A stretch of DNA of 35,880 bases from a virus (lineage: Duplodnaviria; Caudoviricetes). A program made the position numbers and the translations under genes. Below the pieces are notes generated by a model, which worked only from the letters and a program-made list of their open reading frames with translations, searched no databases and was not told the origin of the DNA. The stretch is taken from the IMG/VR virus record IMGVR_UViG_3300039076_000100, positions 1-35,880 of that record; one strand, written 5' to 3'. Shown piece after piece: positions 1 through 7,745 of this stretch; positions within the stretch are counted from its first letter, which is position 1; each line of letters opens with the position of its first letter.

Positions 1-107
1 TTGCCAGCAATTCAATTTCCCAAGGCTTTTTAGTAGCGCGCTTTTCTATTGTTTGGGCATAGTCCTCTAGTTCTTGGAATGTAAAATCCTTGAACTGTTT
101 TCCGCGA
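1..107. repeat. Terminal overlap (copy 1) of a circular assembly
   Basis: Bases 1-107 are identical to 35774-35880. Confidence 0.97.
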
Positions 108-736
108 TGTGATCCGTTTAGAATCTTAAATAGAGGCCCTACGGTCTTTTCTTCGGGCTTAAGTTCTAACTCCTGCATGCGAGCGCCGTCCTCTTTTAAT
201 GAGTCAAGAAGCTGTCCTGCGGGATCGTTGCGAATAGGTGCTAAGTCCTCGTCCATAAACTCTTCTGCCATATTTAAGCCCATTAAAATATCAGGGCACA
301 TTATCTTTAGCGCTTCAGAGACCGAGCGCCACCTGTACATAGTCATTTTTTGTTTTCGATAATTATCTTTTCCAAGAAGCCCCATCGCGCTTGCTTTGTC
401 GTCGTTCCATGTCGCCGTATAGGAATCATTTCCACGTTTAATAGTGGTTTTAACCTCCCCTGTGGCTTCAATGATCTCAACGCTTAGGTCTTTAACCTTT
501 GCCCTTGCTAATGCCAACATTGTCGCTGCCTTTAGAGTTGCCGTTCCATTTATCATTACAATGGAATTCAAAGCTTGGATTGGCTGAAATCCTAACTCTG
601 CGCCCATAACCAGTGCCGCGAAAACCTCTTCCGGTTTATTCCTAAAGTGCATTGGCACGATTGTTGATTTCGCCAGTGTTGCCGCTAGCTTTACAGCTTG
701 ATTGAATTTTGTTTCATCGAAAAGTTGCAATTCCAT
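1..736 (-). CDS. RecT-like ssDNA annealing protein, 268 aa, spanning the origin (736->1, then 35773->35703); absent from the ORF track
   Basis: Manual translation from ATG 736 with a GGAGG RBS gives MELQLFDETKFNQAVKLAATLAKSTIVPMHFRNKPEEVFAALVMGAELGFQPIQALNSIVMING...KDNYRKQKMTMYRWRSVSEALKIMCPDILMGL. These are RecT/Redbeta-like motifs. The joined length is 807 nt, in frame. Confidence 0.85.
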   Translation of the reverse strand, partial: MELQLFDETKFNQAVKLAATLAKSTIVPMHFRNKPEEVFAALVMGAELGFQPIQALNSIVMINGTATLKAATMLALARAKVKDLSVEIIEATGEVKTTIKRGNDSYTATWNDDKASAMGLLGKDNYRKQKMTMYRWRSVSEALKIMCPDILMGLNMAEEFMDEDLAPIRNDPAGQLLDSLKEDGARMQELELKPEEKTVGPLFKILNGSHRGKQFKDFTFQELEDYAQTIEKRATKKPWEIELLA

Positions 737-955
737 TAGTCCTCCCTTGTTTTTAGTGAGGTTTGTTTATAATGAATGTCGGATTAAATCAATGCTTGTG
801 AATTTATTTTAGAGGCGACCTTTTGGAGTTTGGAATTTACTTCAAGGGTAAGACAAAACAGGGCCATCAGGTCGCTTGGGCATTATGTAGCATGTAGATA
901 AAAAAATTGCAAGCCTGTAAAAAGTTTAGGTTTTTGAAAATAACTTAGATTTATG

Positions 956-984
956 TTGTCGAATTGTGTTTATGTTCGTAAAAC
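956..984 (+). promoter_or_regulatory. Possible sigma70-like promoter for the rightward small-gene operon
   Basis: TTGTCG-N17-TAAAAC upstream of the ORF at 1012, in the divergent intergenic region. Confidence 0.3.
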
Positions 985-1011
985 AGAGCTCTATTTACTT
1001 CAAGGTGAAAA

Positions 1012-1227
1012 ATGGAAATTAACGATACTTTCGGATTGCTTACTGTTATTGCGATTAAGGATAGTAAGTCTGTGTTGTGCAAGTGTCAGTGTGGAGCTGA
1101 AGTCGAAGCACTGAGAAAAAGACTTCTTGAAGCGCAGAAGACTCACTGTGGAAACATTGAATGCAGAAGAAATCTTAGAAAAATGAGACTGGAGCATAGA
1201 GGAAAATGGAAAAGGAATTGGCACTAG
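1012..1227 (+). CDS. Small Cys-rich protein (FGxLTV...CxCxCG domain of the type found N-terminal to HNH/AP2 proteins)
   Basis: FGLLTVI...CKCQCG...HCGNIEC; AAGGTG RBS upstream. Confidence 0.7.
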   Translation: MEINDTFGLLTVIAIKDSKSVLCKCQCGAEVEALRKRLLEAQKTHCGNIECRRNLRKMRLEHRGKWKRNWH

Positions 1228-1242
1228 ATAAAGAGGTTTATT

Positions 1243-1494
1243 ATGCCTAAGTTTAGAGACATTACGGGGCAGAAGTTTTTTCTTTTGACCGCGCTTGAAT
1301 ACGTCGGAACTAATTCGACCACTGGGACAAATAGGGTTCATTACTATCCCGTGTTTAGGTTTCAGTGCGAGTGCGGAGAGGTATTCAATAAGGAGAGGCG
1401 AGCAGTTACAAGAGCAGAAGCTAGGACGTGTGGAAAATTAGAATGTAAAAGAAAATGCAATCAGATATACGGCAAAGGCGCCACTAGGAGTTAA
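1243..1494 (+). CDS. Small Cys-rich protein, paralogous to the upstream ORF
   Basis: DITGQKFFLLTAL...FQCECG...TCGKLEC; GAGG RBS. Confidence 0.75.
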   Translation: MPKFRDITGQKFFLLTALEYVGTNSTTGTNRVHYYPVFRFQCECGEVFNKERRAVTRAEARTCGKLECKRKCNQIYGKGATRS

Positions 1495-1495
1495 G

Positions 1496-1744
1496 ATGAG
1501 ATTTAAAAACATTGCAGAATTAGTAAGAAGGAAAAGAGCGGAAACTGGACTGTCGCAGGCAGAGGTCGCGAGAAAAGTCGGTTACAAATTAAGATGCGGG
1601 CAGTTTATTTCAAATATCGAGCGCGAAAAGTGTTCTATTCCCTTGAATAAGATTAATAAGTACTCTGAGGTTTTGAGAGTATCGCGCGAAGAAATCAAAA
1701 AAGCTATTTTGCAGGACTTTAAAGATCACTTAGGAAGTCTATAA
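1496..1744 (+). CDS. XRE/Cro-family HTH transcriptional regulator
   Basis: RKRAETGLSQAEVARKVGY...QFISNIERE HTH motif. Confidence 0.9.
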   Translation: MRFKNIAELVRRKRAETGLSQAEVARKVGYKLRCGQFISNIEREKCSIPLNKINKYSEVLRVSREEIKKAILQDFKDHLGSL

Positions 1745-1962
1745 TGGGGATCGTGCGCGGGCTCGAGGGTGAGAAAATATTAATCTTTGCTAAAAAAGGA
1801 CTTTCCGAAAGAGGAATAACTTGGCTAAGGATTAAGAAAACGGACGACGGGTTCGAGTGCAAGTTGAACGATGGCGAATATGAAGGCGTTTCACTTTGTG
1901 GGAACTTCTGGACGCTTGTAAATTTTATTAGAATGGCGAGGGGGATTTATAAACTGGAGTAA
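1744..1962 (+). CDS. Hypothetical protein
   Basis: Stop/start coupled to the HTH gene (TAATG). Confidence 0.65.
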   Translation: MGIVRGLEGEKILIFAKKGLSERGITWLRIKKTDDGFECKLNDGEYEGVSLCGNFWTLVNFIRMARGIYKLE

Positions 1963-1968
1963 TGCCAA

Positions 1969-2265
1969 ATGAAAAGAAAAGAATTTATGGAGATGATGAA
2001 TAATAACCTATCCAAGGTGCATGTAAATAATGGACTTGTAGACACATGCAATATTATGATTTTTTCAGCGGGGGAGTACTCTGGGTTTTTAAATGAGTGC
2101 TTTCCCGACTTAGATCTATGTACCTCTCTGAATACATACTACTTTGGAAAGTATTGGATAAATCTTTCAGACGACGAAGAGAAATCAATCTATCAACTAA
2201 GAGTCGCCCTTCTTGCAGTATTTACAGCATGGGCTCTTAAGACTAAAGCGTATAGGGATTGGTAA
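1969..2265 (+). CDS. Hypothetical protein
   Basis: GGAG RBS; tightly packed in the operon. Confidence 0.7.
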   Translation: MKRKEFMEMMNNNLSKVHVNNGLVDTCNIMIFSAGEYSGFLNECFPDLDLCTSLNTYYFGKYWINLSDDEEKSIYQLRVALLAVFTAWALKTKAYRDW

Positions 2266-2269
2266 CAGT

Positions 2270-2419
2270 ATGAAATGCGAAACCTGTACAGAGTACTTAA
2301 CTCAGTTTGAATATGATTGTTTTAATGGAATTTGCGACAAGTGCCATGAGAATTTTGTTAAAGATGAGATTGCGTTTAAGCTTAAGGAGACTAAAGAAAA
2401 TGACAACAAAAACAGCTAA
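2270..2419 (+). CDS. Small zinc-finger-like protein (CxxC...CxxC)
   Basis: MKCETC...ICDKCH; start moved to ATG 2270 to avoid overlap. Confidence 0.6.
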   Translation: MKCETCTEYLTQFEYDCFNGICDKCHENFVKDEIAFKLKETKENDNKNS

Positions 2420-2717
2420 GTTTTGGGTGAGTGCTGCTAACATGGATCGGATTAAGTCTGGAGGAATGGGCTCAGTTGTAACTGTTAATCTAGAGAAAAC
2501 AGAATACTTTGTGAACGAGGTAGAAATCTCCTGGCAAGAGCCAAAGAAGAAAGTGAAAAAGTACAGGTGGGCTTATGGCGATTTAACTACAGAATTTGCA
2601 TATGTGACAAGTGGTTATTACTCAACACTAGAAGAGCTTAAAAAAGGATTGTATGTCGATGTAAACCGCACACAAAAAATAGAATTTACAGAAATTGAGG
2701 TGGAAAGTGATGAATAA
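2400..2717 (+). CDS. Hypothetical protein
   Basis: Start at ATG 2400 (MTTKTAKFW) with AAGGAG upstream. Confidence 0.7.
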   Translation: MTTKTAKFWVSAANMDRIKSGGMGSVVTVNLEKTEYFVNEVEISWQEPKKKVKKYRWAYGDLTTEFAYVTSGYYSTLEELKKGLYVDVNRTQKIEFTEIEVESDE

Positions 2718-3252
2718 CAAGGAGGGGGTGGTTGAGCTCATTGTAATTGGAAGCAAAAAACAAAGAGGCATTAATAACAAGATTTCTATATTAAACTTTG
2801 ACCACATAAGATTTTTATCGAAAATAAGAGTGCGCAATGAGGGTGACTGTTGGGAGTTTATTGGAAAAGATCATAATGGATACAAGAAACATCATGTTTC
2901 ACATAGGTGTATAATGTCGCACAGGCTTTCGTATGCTATTTTCAAAAACAAGCTAAATACAGACATGGTAATAGATCACATTTGCAAAAATAGAGGATGT
3001 GTAAATCCCGACCATCTTAGAGAAATTACAAATAAGGAAAACGTAACCATTTACAGCTCATCCCCTGTCGCTAAGAATTACATGAAAACAAAGTGTATAA
3101 ATGGTCACGACTTGTCTGGTAAGAATCTAAAAATAACCAAGAGAGGTTATCGGCAATGTAGAAACTGTCAGAGAAATTATGGCGAAAAGTGGATATTAAA
3201 GAACAAAGAAAGGTTGATTAAAAAAAATGCATTGCAGACAGGTGAGAAATAA
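2710..3252 (+). CDS. HNH homing-type endonuclease
   Basis: DCWEFIG...GY...SHRLSY...IDHICKNRGCVNPDHL...EN, plus a C-terminal CINGH...CRNC zinc domain. Confidence 0.9.
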   Translation: MNNKEGVVELIVIGSKKQRGINNKISILNFDHIRFLSKIRVRNEGDCWEFIGKDHNGYKKHHVSHRCIMSHRLSYAIFKNKLNTDMVIDHICKNRGCVNPDHLREITNKENVTIYSSSPVAKNYMKTKCINGHDLSGKNLKITKRGYRQCRNCQRNYGEKWILKNKERLIKKNALQTGEK

Positions 3253-3253
3253 A

Positions 3254-3469
3254 ATGAAAGACAAAAAAGACGAGATCATTGAGGAGTTGAAAGAGGCTTT
3301 GGGTTTTTATGCGGACACTAAAAACTGGGAAGGAATATCTGGTCACACCAGATTCATGTCTAATCTTAAAATAACGGACTGCGCTTATTTTAACTGCGGA
3401 GGAGGAAGAGCTAGACTTGCCCTCAAAAAAGTTCAAGAGCTTGAGCAAGGAAGTAAAGATGAACACTAG
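3254..3469 (+). CDS. Hypothetical phage protein
   Basis: MKDKKDEIIEELKEALGFYAD...GRARLAL; start at ATG 3254. Confidence 0.65.
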   Translation: MKDKKDEIIEELKEALGFYADTKNWEGISGHTRFMSNLKITDCAYFNCGGGRARLALKKVQELEQGSKDEH

Positions 3470-3728
3470 AAGCATATCAACATATAATCAACTTAGAAAG
3501 CTACCGATGACCAGACTGGAGATTTCTGATAGGGCTTTGGAAATAGCAGAATTAATGACCGCTAATCCTCATCCTAAAAACCTAGTTGCATGTATTGGCA
3601 GAATGAAGGTTTTATCTAAGGTCGTATCCGACTCATATTGGGACGAGAAACTTTTTAAGGGGGAAACTCTAGAGTGTTACTTTTTACTAAACAAAGACCA
3701 AGATTCTAAAATAAGAATTGTAGACTAA
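3459..3728 (+). CDS. Hypothetical protein
   Basis: Start at ATG 3459, overlapping the upstream stop; AAGGA RBS. Confidence 0.6.
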   Translation: MNTRSISTYNQLRKLPMTRLEISDRALEIAELMTANPHPKNLVACIGRMKVLSKVVSDSYWDEKLFKGETLECYFLLNKDQDSKIRIVD

Positions 3729-3740
3729 TAGGAAATAAAA

Positions 3741-4268
3741 ATGACAGAAAGTAAAGAATGGCTAGAGCAGGTGAATATTGATTTTCATAATTGGTTTGAA
3801 GATAGAAGGGCAAATTTTTGTTCAGAAAGGCAATGGCAAGCAGTTGAAGACTTGATGGACAATAAAGACCATTACTGGAAAGGATACAAGGCGCGCGCAC
3901 TTCACGGCAAAGCTGAAATTGAGAGGCATAAAAACAGAAATGCTCAACTCGAAGACTTTTGCCAAGAATTTGTCTATGGAGAAGAGAACCCAAAATATTA
4001 TAAGACAATGACAGAAGAAATCACCTCTCTAAAATCCCAACTCTCCGAGAAGGAGAAATTAATCGAAGATAATAAATCAGAGATAAATAGATGGTATCGA
4101 GAGTGGTACGACTTAGAGGTTAGCTCAAAAAAAGAAATCCAAAAACTAAAATCTCTAATCGCTCAAGCTAGGCCGTGGGTGGTTGGTTGCACAGCTCTAA
4201 GTGAAGGTGAGAGTGAAAGAATGACAGCATGGATTGAAAAGACAGCTAGTATTGTGGAGGAAAAATGA
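3741..4268 (+). CDS. Coiled-coil hypothetical protein
   Basis: AGGA RBS; heptad-like E/K/L-rich C-terminal half. Confidence 0.75.
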   Translation: MTESKEWLEQVNIDFHNWFEDRRANFCSERQWQAVEDLMDNKDHYWKGYKARALHGKAEIERHKNRNAQLEDFCQEFVYGEENPKYYKTMTEEITSLKSQLSEKEKLIEDNKSEINRWYREWYDLEVSSKKEIQKLKSLIAQARPWVVGCTALSEGESERMTAWIEKTASIVEEK

Positions 4269-4513
4269 ACGAAACTGAAAATGAATTACTCACAAGCAAC
4301 TTTAATGCGTCGATCAGGATTAAATGCCTTGAAAAAGAAATCCTCACTTTAAAAGAAGAGTTAAAAAGAGAGCGAGACTTGTTCTCTGAGTTAATCGATA
4401 ACTGCCTAGCTAGTACCGCAGATGCGAGTGTAGTAGCCTATAAAATTGAATACCGAAAAGATCTCTACGAAAGAGCACGCCAATTAGTCGCGCAAAGAAA
4501 AGTGAAACTATGA
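4265..4513 (+). CDS. Coiled-coil hypothetical protein
   Basis: ATGA overlap; GGAGG RBS. Confidence 0.75.
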   Translation: MNETENELLTSNFNASIRIKCLEKEILTLKEELKRERDLFSELIDNCLASTADASVVAYKIEYRKDLYERARQLVAQRKVKL

Positions 4514-4674
4514 ACCCAGTAATACTAGACAGAATCCTAGAAATCAGCGAATCAAAAACCCGCTGGGAAAGAACTAAAAAATACGTTAGTAATTGGAAAG
4601 GCGTCGCTATCGTGGCGATTGGACTACTTACTGCGAAATCTGCTATTGAGCAAATTGTGATGGCAATAAGATGA
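4510..4674 (+). CDS. 54-aa protein with a hydrophobic C-terminus (not in the ORF track)
   Basis: MNPVILDRILEISESKTRWERTKKYVSNWKGVAIVAIGLLTAKSAIEQIVMAIR; ATGA overlaps at both ends. Confidence 0.7.
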   Translation: MNPVILDRILEISESKTRWERTKKYVSNWKGVAIVAIGLLTAKSAIEQIVMAIR

Positions 4675-4895
4675 GAAAGAAAAGACGAAAGCCGGAAGCT
4701 AAACCATTCTGCACGGGCGCGCATAGGTGGGGAATATTTATCCCTTACGGCACCAGTGGACTAAGAAAGAAGTGCGAGTTCTGCCCCGCGACCTTGAGCA
4801 AGGAAGAGTTTTTAAAGAACAAAATGATTCCTGATTTTATTATTGCGCCTAAATTGGAAGTGAAGCATCAGCACGTTGACTTATTTGTCTTTTAA
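4671..4895 (+). CDS. Small basic zinc-finger-like protein
   Basis: FCTGAH...KCEFC; ATGA overlap. Confidence 0.6.
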   Translation: MRKKRRKPEAKPFCTGAHRWGIFIPYGTSGLRKKCEFCPATLSKEEFLKNKMIPDFIIAPKLEVKHQHVDLFVF

Positions 4896-4913
4896 TAATT
4901 CGAGGACAACGAA

Positions 4914-4956
4914 GCCCGCGAGAATGGATGTAAAGATTAGGTCTATTTCTTGGGGC
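4914..4956 (+). terminator. Imperfect hairpin between converging operons
   Basis: GCCCGCGAGAATGGAT...GTCTATTTCTTGGGGC can pair with GU wobbles; there is no clear U-tract. Confidence 0.3.
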
Positions 4957-4957
4957 A

Positions 4958-5257
4958 TTACCTCCACCTTAAGTGAAAGTTTTCCGTTATGGCTTTAGCT
5001 ATTAGGTCTACAATCATTTCTTCTGTTTCGGAGGATATCGCTTGAGATATTGAACCCCTCTCAAATACCGCGTGAAGAAATTCATGAGTTAAAACTCTCG
5101 CCAGTTCTGATTTTTTGCATTTTGGATGTATTAATATTTCATCATTTATAAAGTTTGCATTCTCATTGTCCGGGACTTCGTCTGAAAATCTTATTGGTAC
5201 TACTTTACCCAATATGGTTACGCTATTGTAAATTTTCATATCTTTGTTCCTGTCCAT
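4958..5257 (-). CDS. Small HEXXH zincin-like metallopeptidase-fold protein
   Basis: VLTHEFLHAVF motif, with a downstream EEMIVD. Confidence 0.75.
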   Translation of the reverse strand: MDRNKDMKIYNSVTILGKVVPIRFSDEVPDNENANFINDEILIHPKCKKSELARVLTHEFLHAVFERGSISQAISSETEEMIVDLIAKAITENFHLRWR

Positions 5258-5943
5258 CGGTTGTTTGAATCAAGGGCCATTGGAATTAAGTATGGATGAG
5301 AATTTTCTATAAATGTTACTCCAAGAATTGGTCTTTTTACCTGAAGCTTGTTGTATGCAAAAGCCAATGATTTATCATCGATCAAGCATCCTCCAGTGAT
5401 TGCAAAATGGAGTCCATTTCCTGCTGTCCAATATCTAAGTTCAAATTGACTATGGTGATGTCCTTGGACAAGAGACATTCCGATTGCTTGACTAGCGGCC
5501 AATATATTTGATGAAACTCCATGTACAAATTTACATTTTGTTTTATTTGGAAGCTCAAGTATGAGCGACTCATGCCAACGCCAGTCATCTGGTGATACTC
5601 CTAAAACATCGTTATAAGACTTTAAAAGATGCCGAGGCATTCCATGGTGCTTGGCTTTTCTATAGGCCATGGATCCATGATTAGAATGTAATAAATCCAT
5701 TTTGGGGAAAAGTTCATGTAGGGTATCTATGTATCCTAGGGCCAGCACAAGCTCTCTTCCTGCGCTATCTAAGTCAACGTCACTATCATGGAAGCTCATG
5801 GCGTGGTAGTCGAGCTCATCACCTAGGCAAATTACCCTTGTCGGATTTAATGTTTTTTTTATTTTATGTAAAAAATCTAAAGAGTCGGGATGACAATATG
5901 GAAAGTGAAGATCAGGGATCACTAAAATTCTAGAATTGTCCAT
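5236..5943 (-). CDS. Calcineurin-like metallophosphoesterase
   Basis: PDLH, LGDELD, SNHG, VHG and GHHH motifs in canonical order. Confidence 0.9.
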   Translation of the reverse strand: MDNSRILVIPDLHFPYCHPDSLDFLHKIKKTLNPTRVICLGDELDYHAMSFHDSDVDLDSAGRELVLALGYIDTLHELFPKMDLLHSNHGSMAYRKAKHHGMPRHLLKSYNDVLGVSPDDWRWHESLILELPNKTKCKFVHGVSSNILAASQAIGMSLVQGHHHSQFELRYWTAGNGLHFAITGGCLIDDKSLAFAYNKLQVKRPILGVTFIENSHPYLIPMALDSNNRWTGTKI

Positions 5944-6004
5944 CAAGTCTTCCTTAACCTATGTGGATAATTCTAATTGTGGCAGAAAATCTCAGTATTG
6001 CAAG

Positions 6005-6277
6005 TTAGTTACAGGTATTGATGCGAGCTTTGAGTTGGTTGATCTCTTTTTGCTTGTCTATGCCCCACTGAATTAGTCGCCCAAAATATCCAGGATCAAT
6101 AAAAATATCTCCTGGTTTAATTTCGCAAGGAGCTCCATTTTCCATCGTAGGGACTTGTTGATTTGCACATTGACCTTGACCAGGAGTACTTAGGGCGACT
6201 CCAATAGTTCCTTGAGGGACGTCGTTTTTTTTGCAACTACTTACCAGCAAGGCGCCGACTAAGAGCAACGATGCCAT
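6005..6277 (-). CDS. Lipoprotein, candidate outer-membrane spanin (start uncertain, 6277 or 6316)
   Basis: MASLLLVGALLVSSC lipobox; overlaps the upstream gene at the end of the lysis cassette. Confidence 0.6.
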   Translation of the reverse strand: MASLLLVGALLVSSCKKNDVPQGTIGVALSTPGQGQCANQQVPTMENGAPCEIKPGDIFIDPGYFGRLIQWGIDKQKEINQLKARINTCN

Positions 6278-6467
6278 TTTTGCGGTCGTTATCGTTCTTG
6301 GCCATGATGATTGCATCGAGTTCTTTTGTGACTCCACTTTTAAAATCCTCAAGGTTTTTATTTTTAATATCAAGCGAAAGCGTGTTGATTGATTCTTGCA
6401 GGTTTTTAATCACCCCAACAAGCTCAGGAAGGGCCTTAAGAAAGGCGATGATTTCAGCGACTCCCAT
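6237..6467 (-). CDS. Lysis-cassette protein, candidate inner spanin-like
   Basis: Hydrophobic/amphipathic N-terminus followed by coiled coil; overlaps the lipoprotein gene; strong RBS. Confidence 0.5.
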   Translation of the reverse strand: MGVAEIIAFLKALPELVGVIKNLQESINTLSLDIKNKNLEDFKSGVTKELDAIIMAKNDNDRKNGIVALSRRLAGK

Positions 6468-6483
6468 AAGACCCCCTTTTAAA

Positions 6484-6777
6484 TTAAGCTTTTTCGATTT
6501 CTTCTACTGCGCCAACTACTTTCATAATTAGGGCAATTAATTCTGCCTTATCAAGGTCTTTGATTTCTTCTTCGACTTTTTTAACGTCTTTAACTCCAGC
6601 ACTGTAAACTGGCACGTTTCCGATTTCTGCCGTGATGAGCTCAATGGCTTTAGGAAAATCGCTTGCATCAACGCCATCTTTTACAATGTCGCGAACCTTT
6701 TTACCTGCTTTTACAGCAAGAACGATTGCATCCAATGCTTCGTTCGTTTCTTTCATGTCTAATTTAACTTCGCTCAT
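6484..6777 (-). CDS. Hypothetical helical protein in the lysis cassette
   Basis: GGAG RBS; located between the holin-like and spanin-like genes. Confidence 0.7.
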   Translation of the reverse strand: MSEVKLDMKETNEALDAIVLAVKAGKKVRDIVKDGVDASDFPKAIELITAEIGNVPVYSAGVKDVKKVEEEIKDLDKAELIALIMKVVGAVEEIEKA

Positions 6778-6786
6778 AAAATCTCC

Positions 6787-7029
6787 CTATTTTTGATTAA
6801 GCCTTTGCAGGCGTTCCTGTCTTGATTCTTTTAATTCCTTTTCAACAAATTCCCATCGTGTGTCTGATTTTATGACTATGTCCCTAAGTAATTTAATCTC
6901 AGGCTTAATTTGCTCAACGTCGGCGTAAGTCTTTTCTGAGCGCACAACAAACCAAAAAATAGCGACAAAAACCGTGGTTATTCCACCAATCAACATGCCT
7001 TTAAAGTTGTCAAAGATAAATTTTAACAT
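6787..7029 (-). CDS. Single-TM protein, candidate holin
   Basis: TM segment GMLIGGITTVFVAIFWFVV followed by coiled coil; directly after the endolysin; GGAGG RBS. Confidence 0.55.
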   Translation of the reverse strand: MLKFIFDNFKGMLIGGITTVFVAIFWFVVRSEKTYADVEQIKPEIKLLRDIVIKSDTRWEFVEKELKESRQERLQRLNQK

Positions 7030-7051
7030 AAGCCTCCTGCTAGTTATTCAA

Positions 7052-7744
7052 CTAAGAATTTAACACGCTAGGTGCATATAAACCAATTAAAATAGCCCCG
7101 ACTCCAAGTTGCTTTTCCTTTGCCACTTGAGAATACTTTCCATCAGCTACATATTTGCCAGTTTCGTCGTGGAAATTTGTTCCGGCGGCGATATATGGGG
7201 AATGTTCAATTTTCCCAGAATCACCAATCTTAGATCTGTAACCCATGCCGTTGAATTTTTCAGCAAACTGCATCATAGATTCAAAATCCCAAGCTTTTGG
7301 CATAATTCCTTTTTTAAGCATCAATGCGTCAATGGCCGCCTCTTCCCAAGTTTGAAATGGGCCTCTTCCTTTTGGGACGAGCCTTGTTTTTTTTCCAGTG
7401 TTAAGAATCTTTTCACCGTTATGTAAAACGCCTCTAAAAGAAAGAGATGACTCGCGATAATGAAGTGCACATACAAGCTCCGCCGGCACTCCACATATTT
7501 TTTCGACTTGTTGATATTTATACTTATTCCCAATAAACCAGTTTAAAACGTCTTTGACTTCTTGAATTCTATCCTTGTCGATTTCCATCCCTTGCCACTT
7601 ACCCATTTTTATCGGCGCAGGGAAGTTTTCGACCTCTTCCTTTGTGGGAATTTCTGGATTGACAACAGGTGGAACAGTTTCAACTTTTGAATCGTTCATG
7701 TTTTTGCTAAGTATTTTTCTTATTAATCTTTTAAGCCATTCCAT
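7052..7744 (-). CDS. Endolysin, lysozyme-like family
   Basis: ALHYRESS...LHNGE...VPKGRGPF.TWEEAAIDAL...EKFNGMGY...SPY...GKYVADG motifs. Confidence 0.85.
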   Translation of the reverse strand: MEWLKRLIRKILSKNMNDSKVETVPPVVNPEIPTKEEVENFPAPIKMGKWQGMEIDKDRIQEVKDVLNWFIGNKYKYQQVEKICGVPAELVCALHYRESSLSFRGVLHNGEKILNTGKKTRLVPKGRGPFQTWEEAAIDALMLKKGIMPKAWDFESMMQFAEKFNGMGYRSKIGDSGKIEHSPYIAAGTNFHDETGKYVADGKYSQVAKEKQLGVGAILIGLYAPSVLNS

Positions 7745-7745
7745 T

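Noticed and set aside
90-362. 90-aa plus-strand ORF
   Set aside because: It is antisense to the RecT-like gene.
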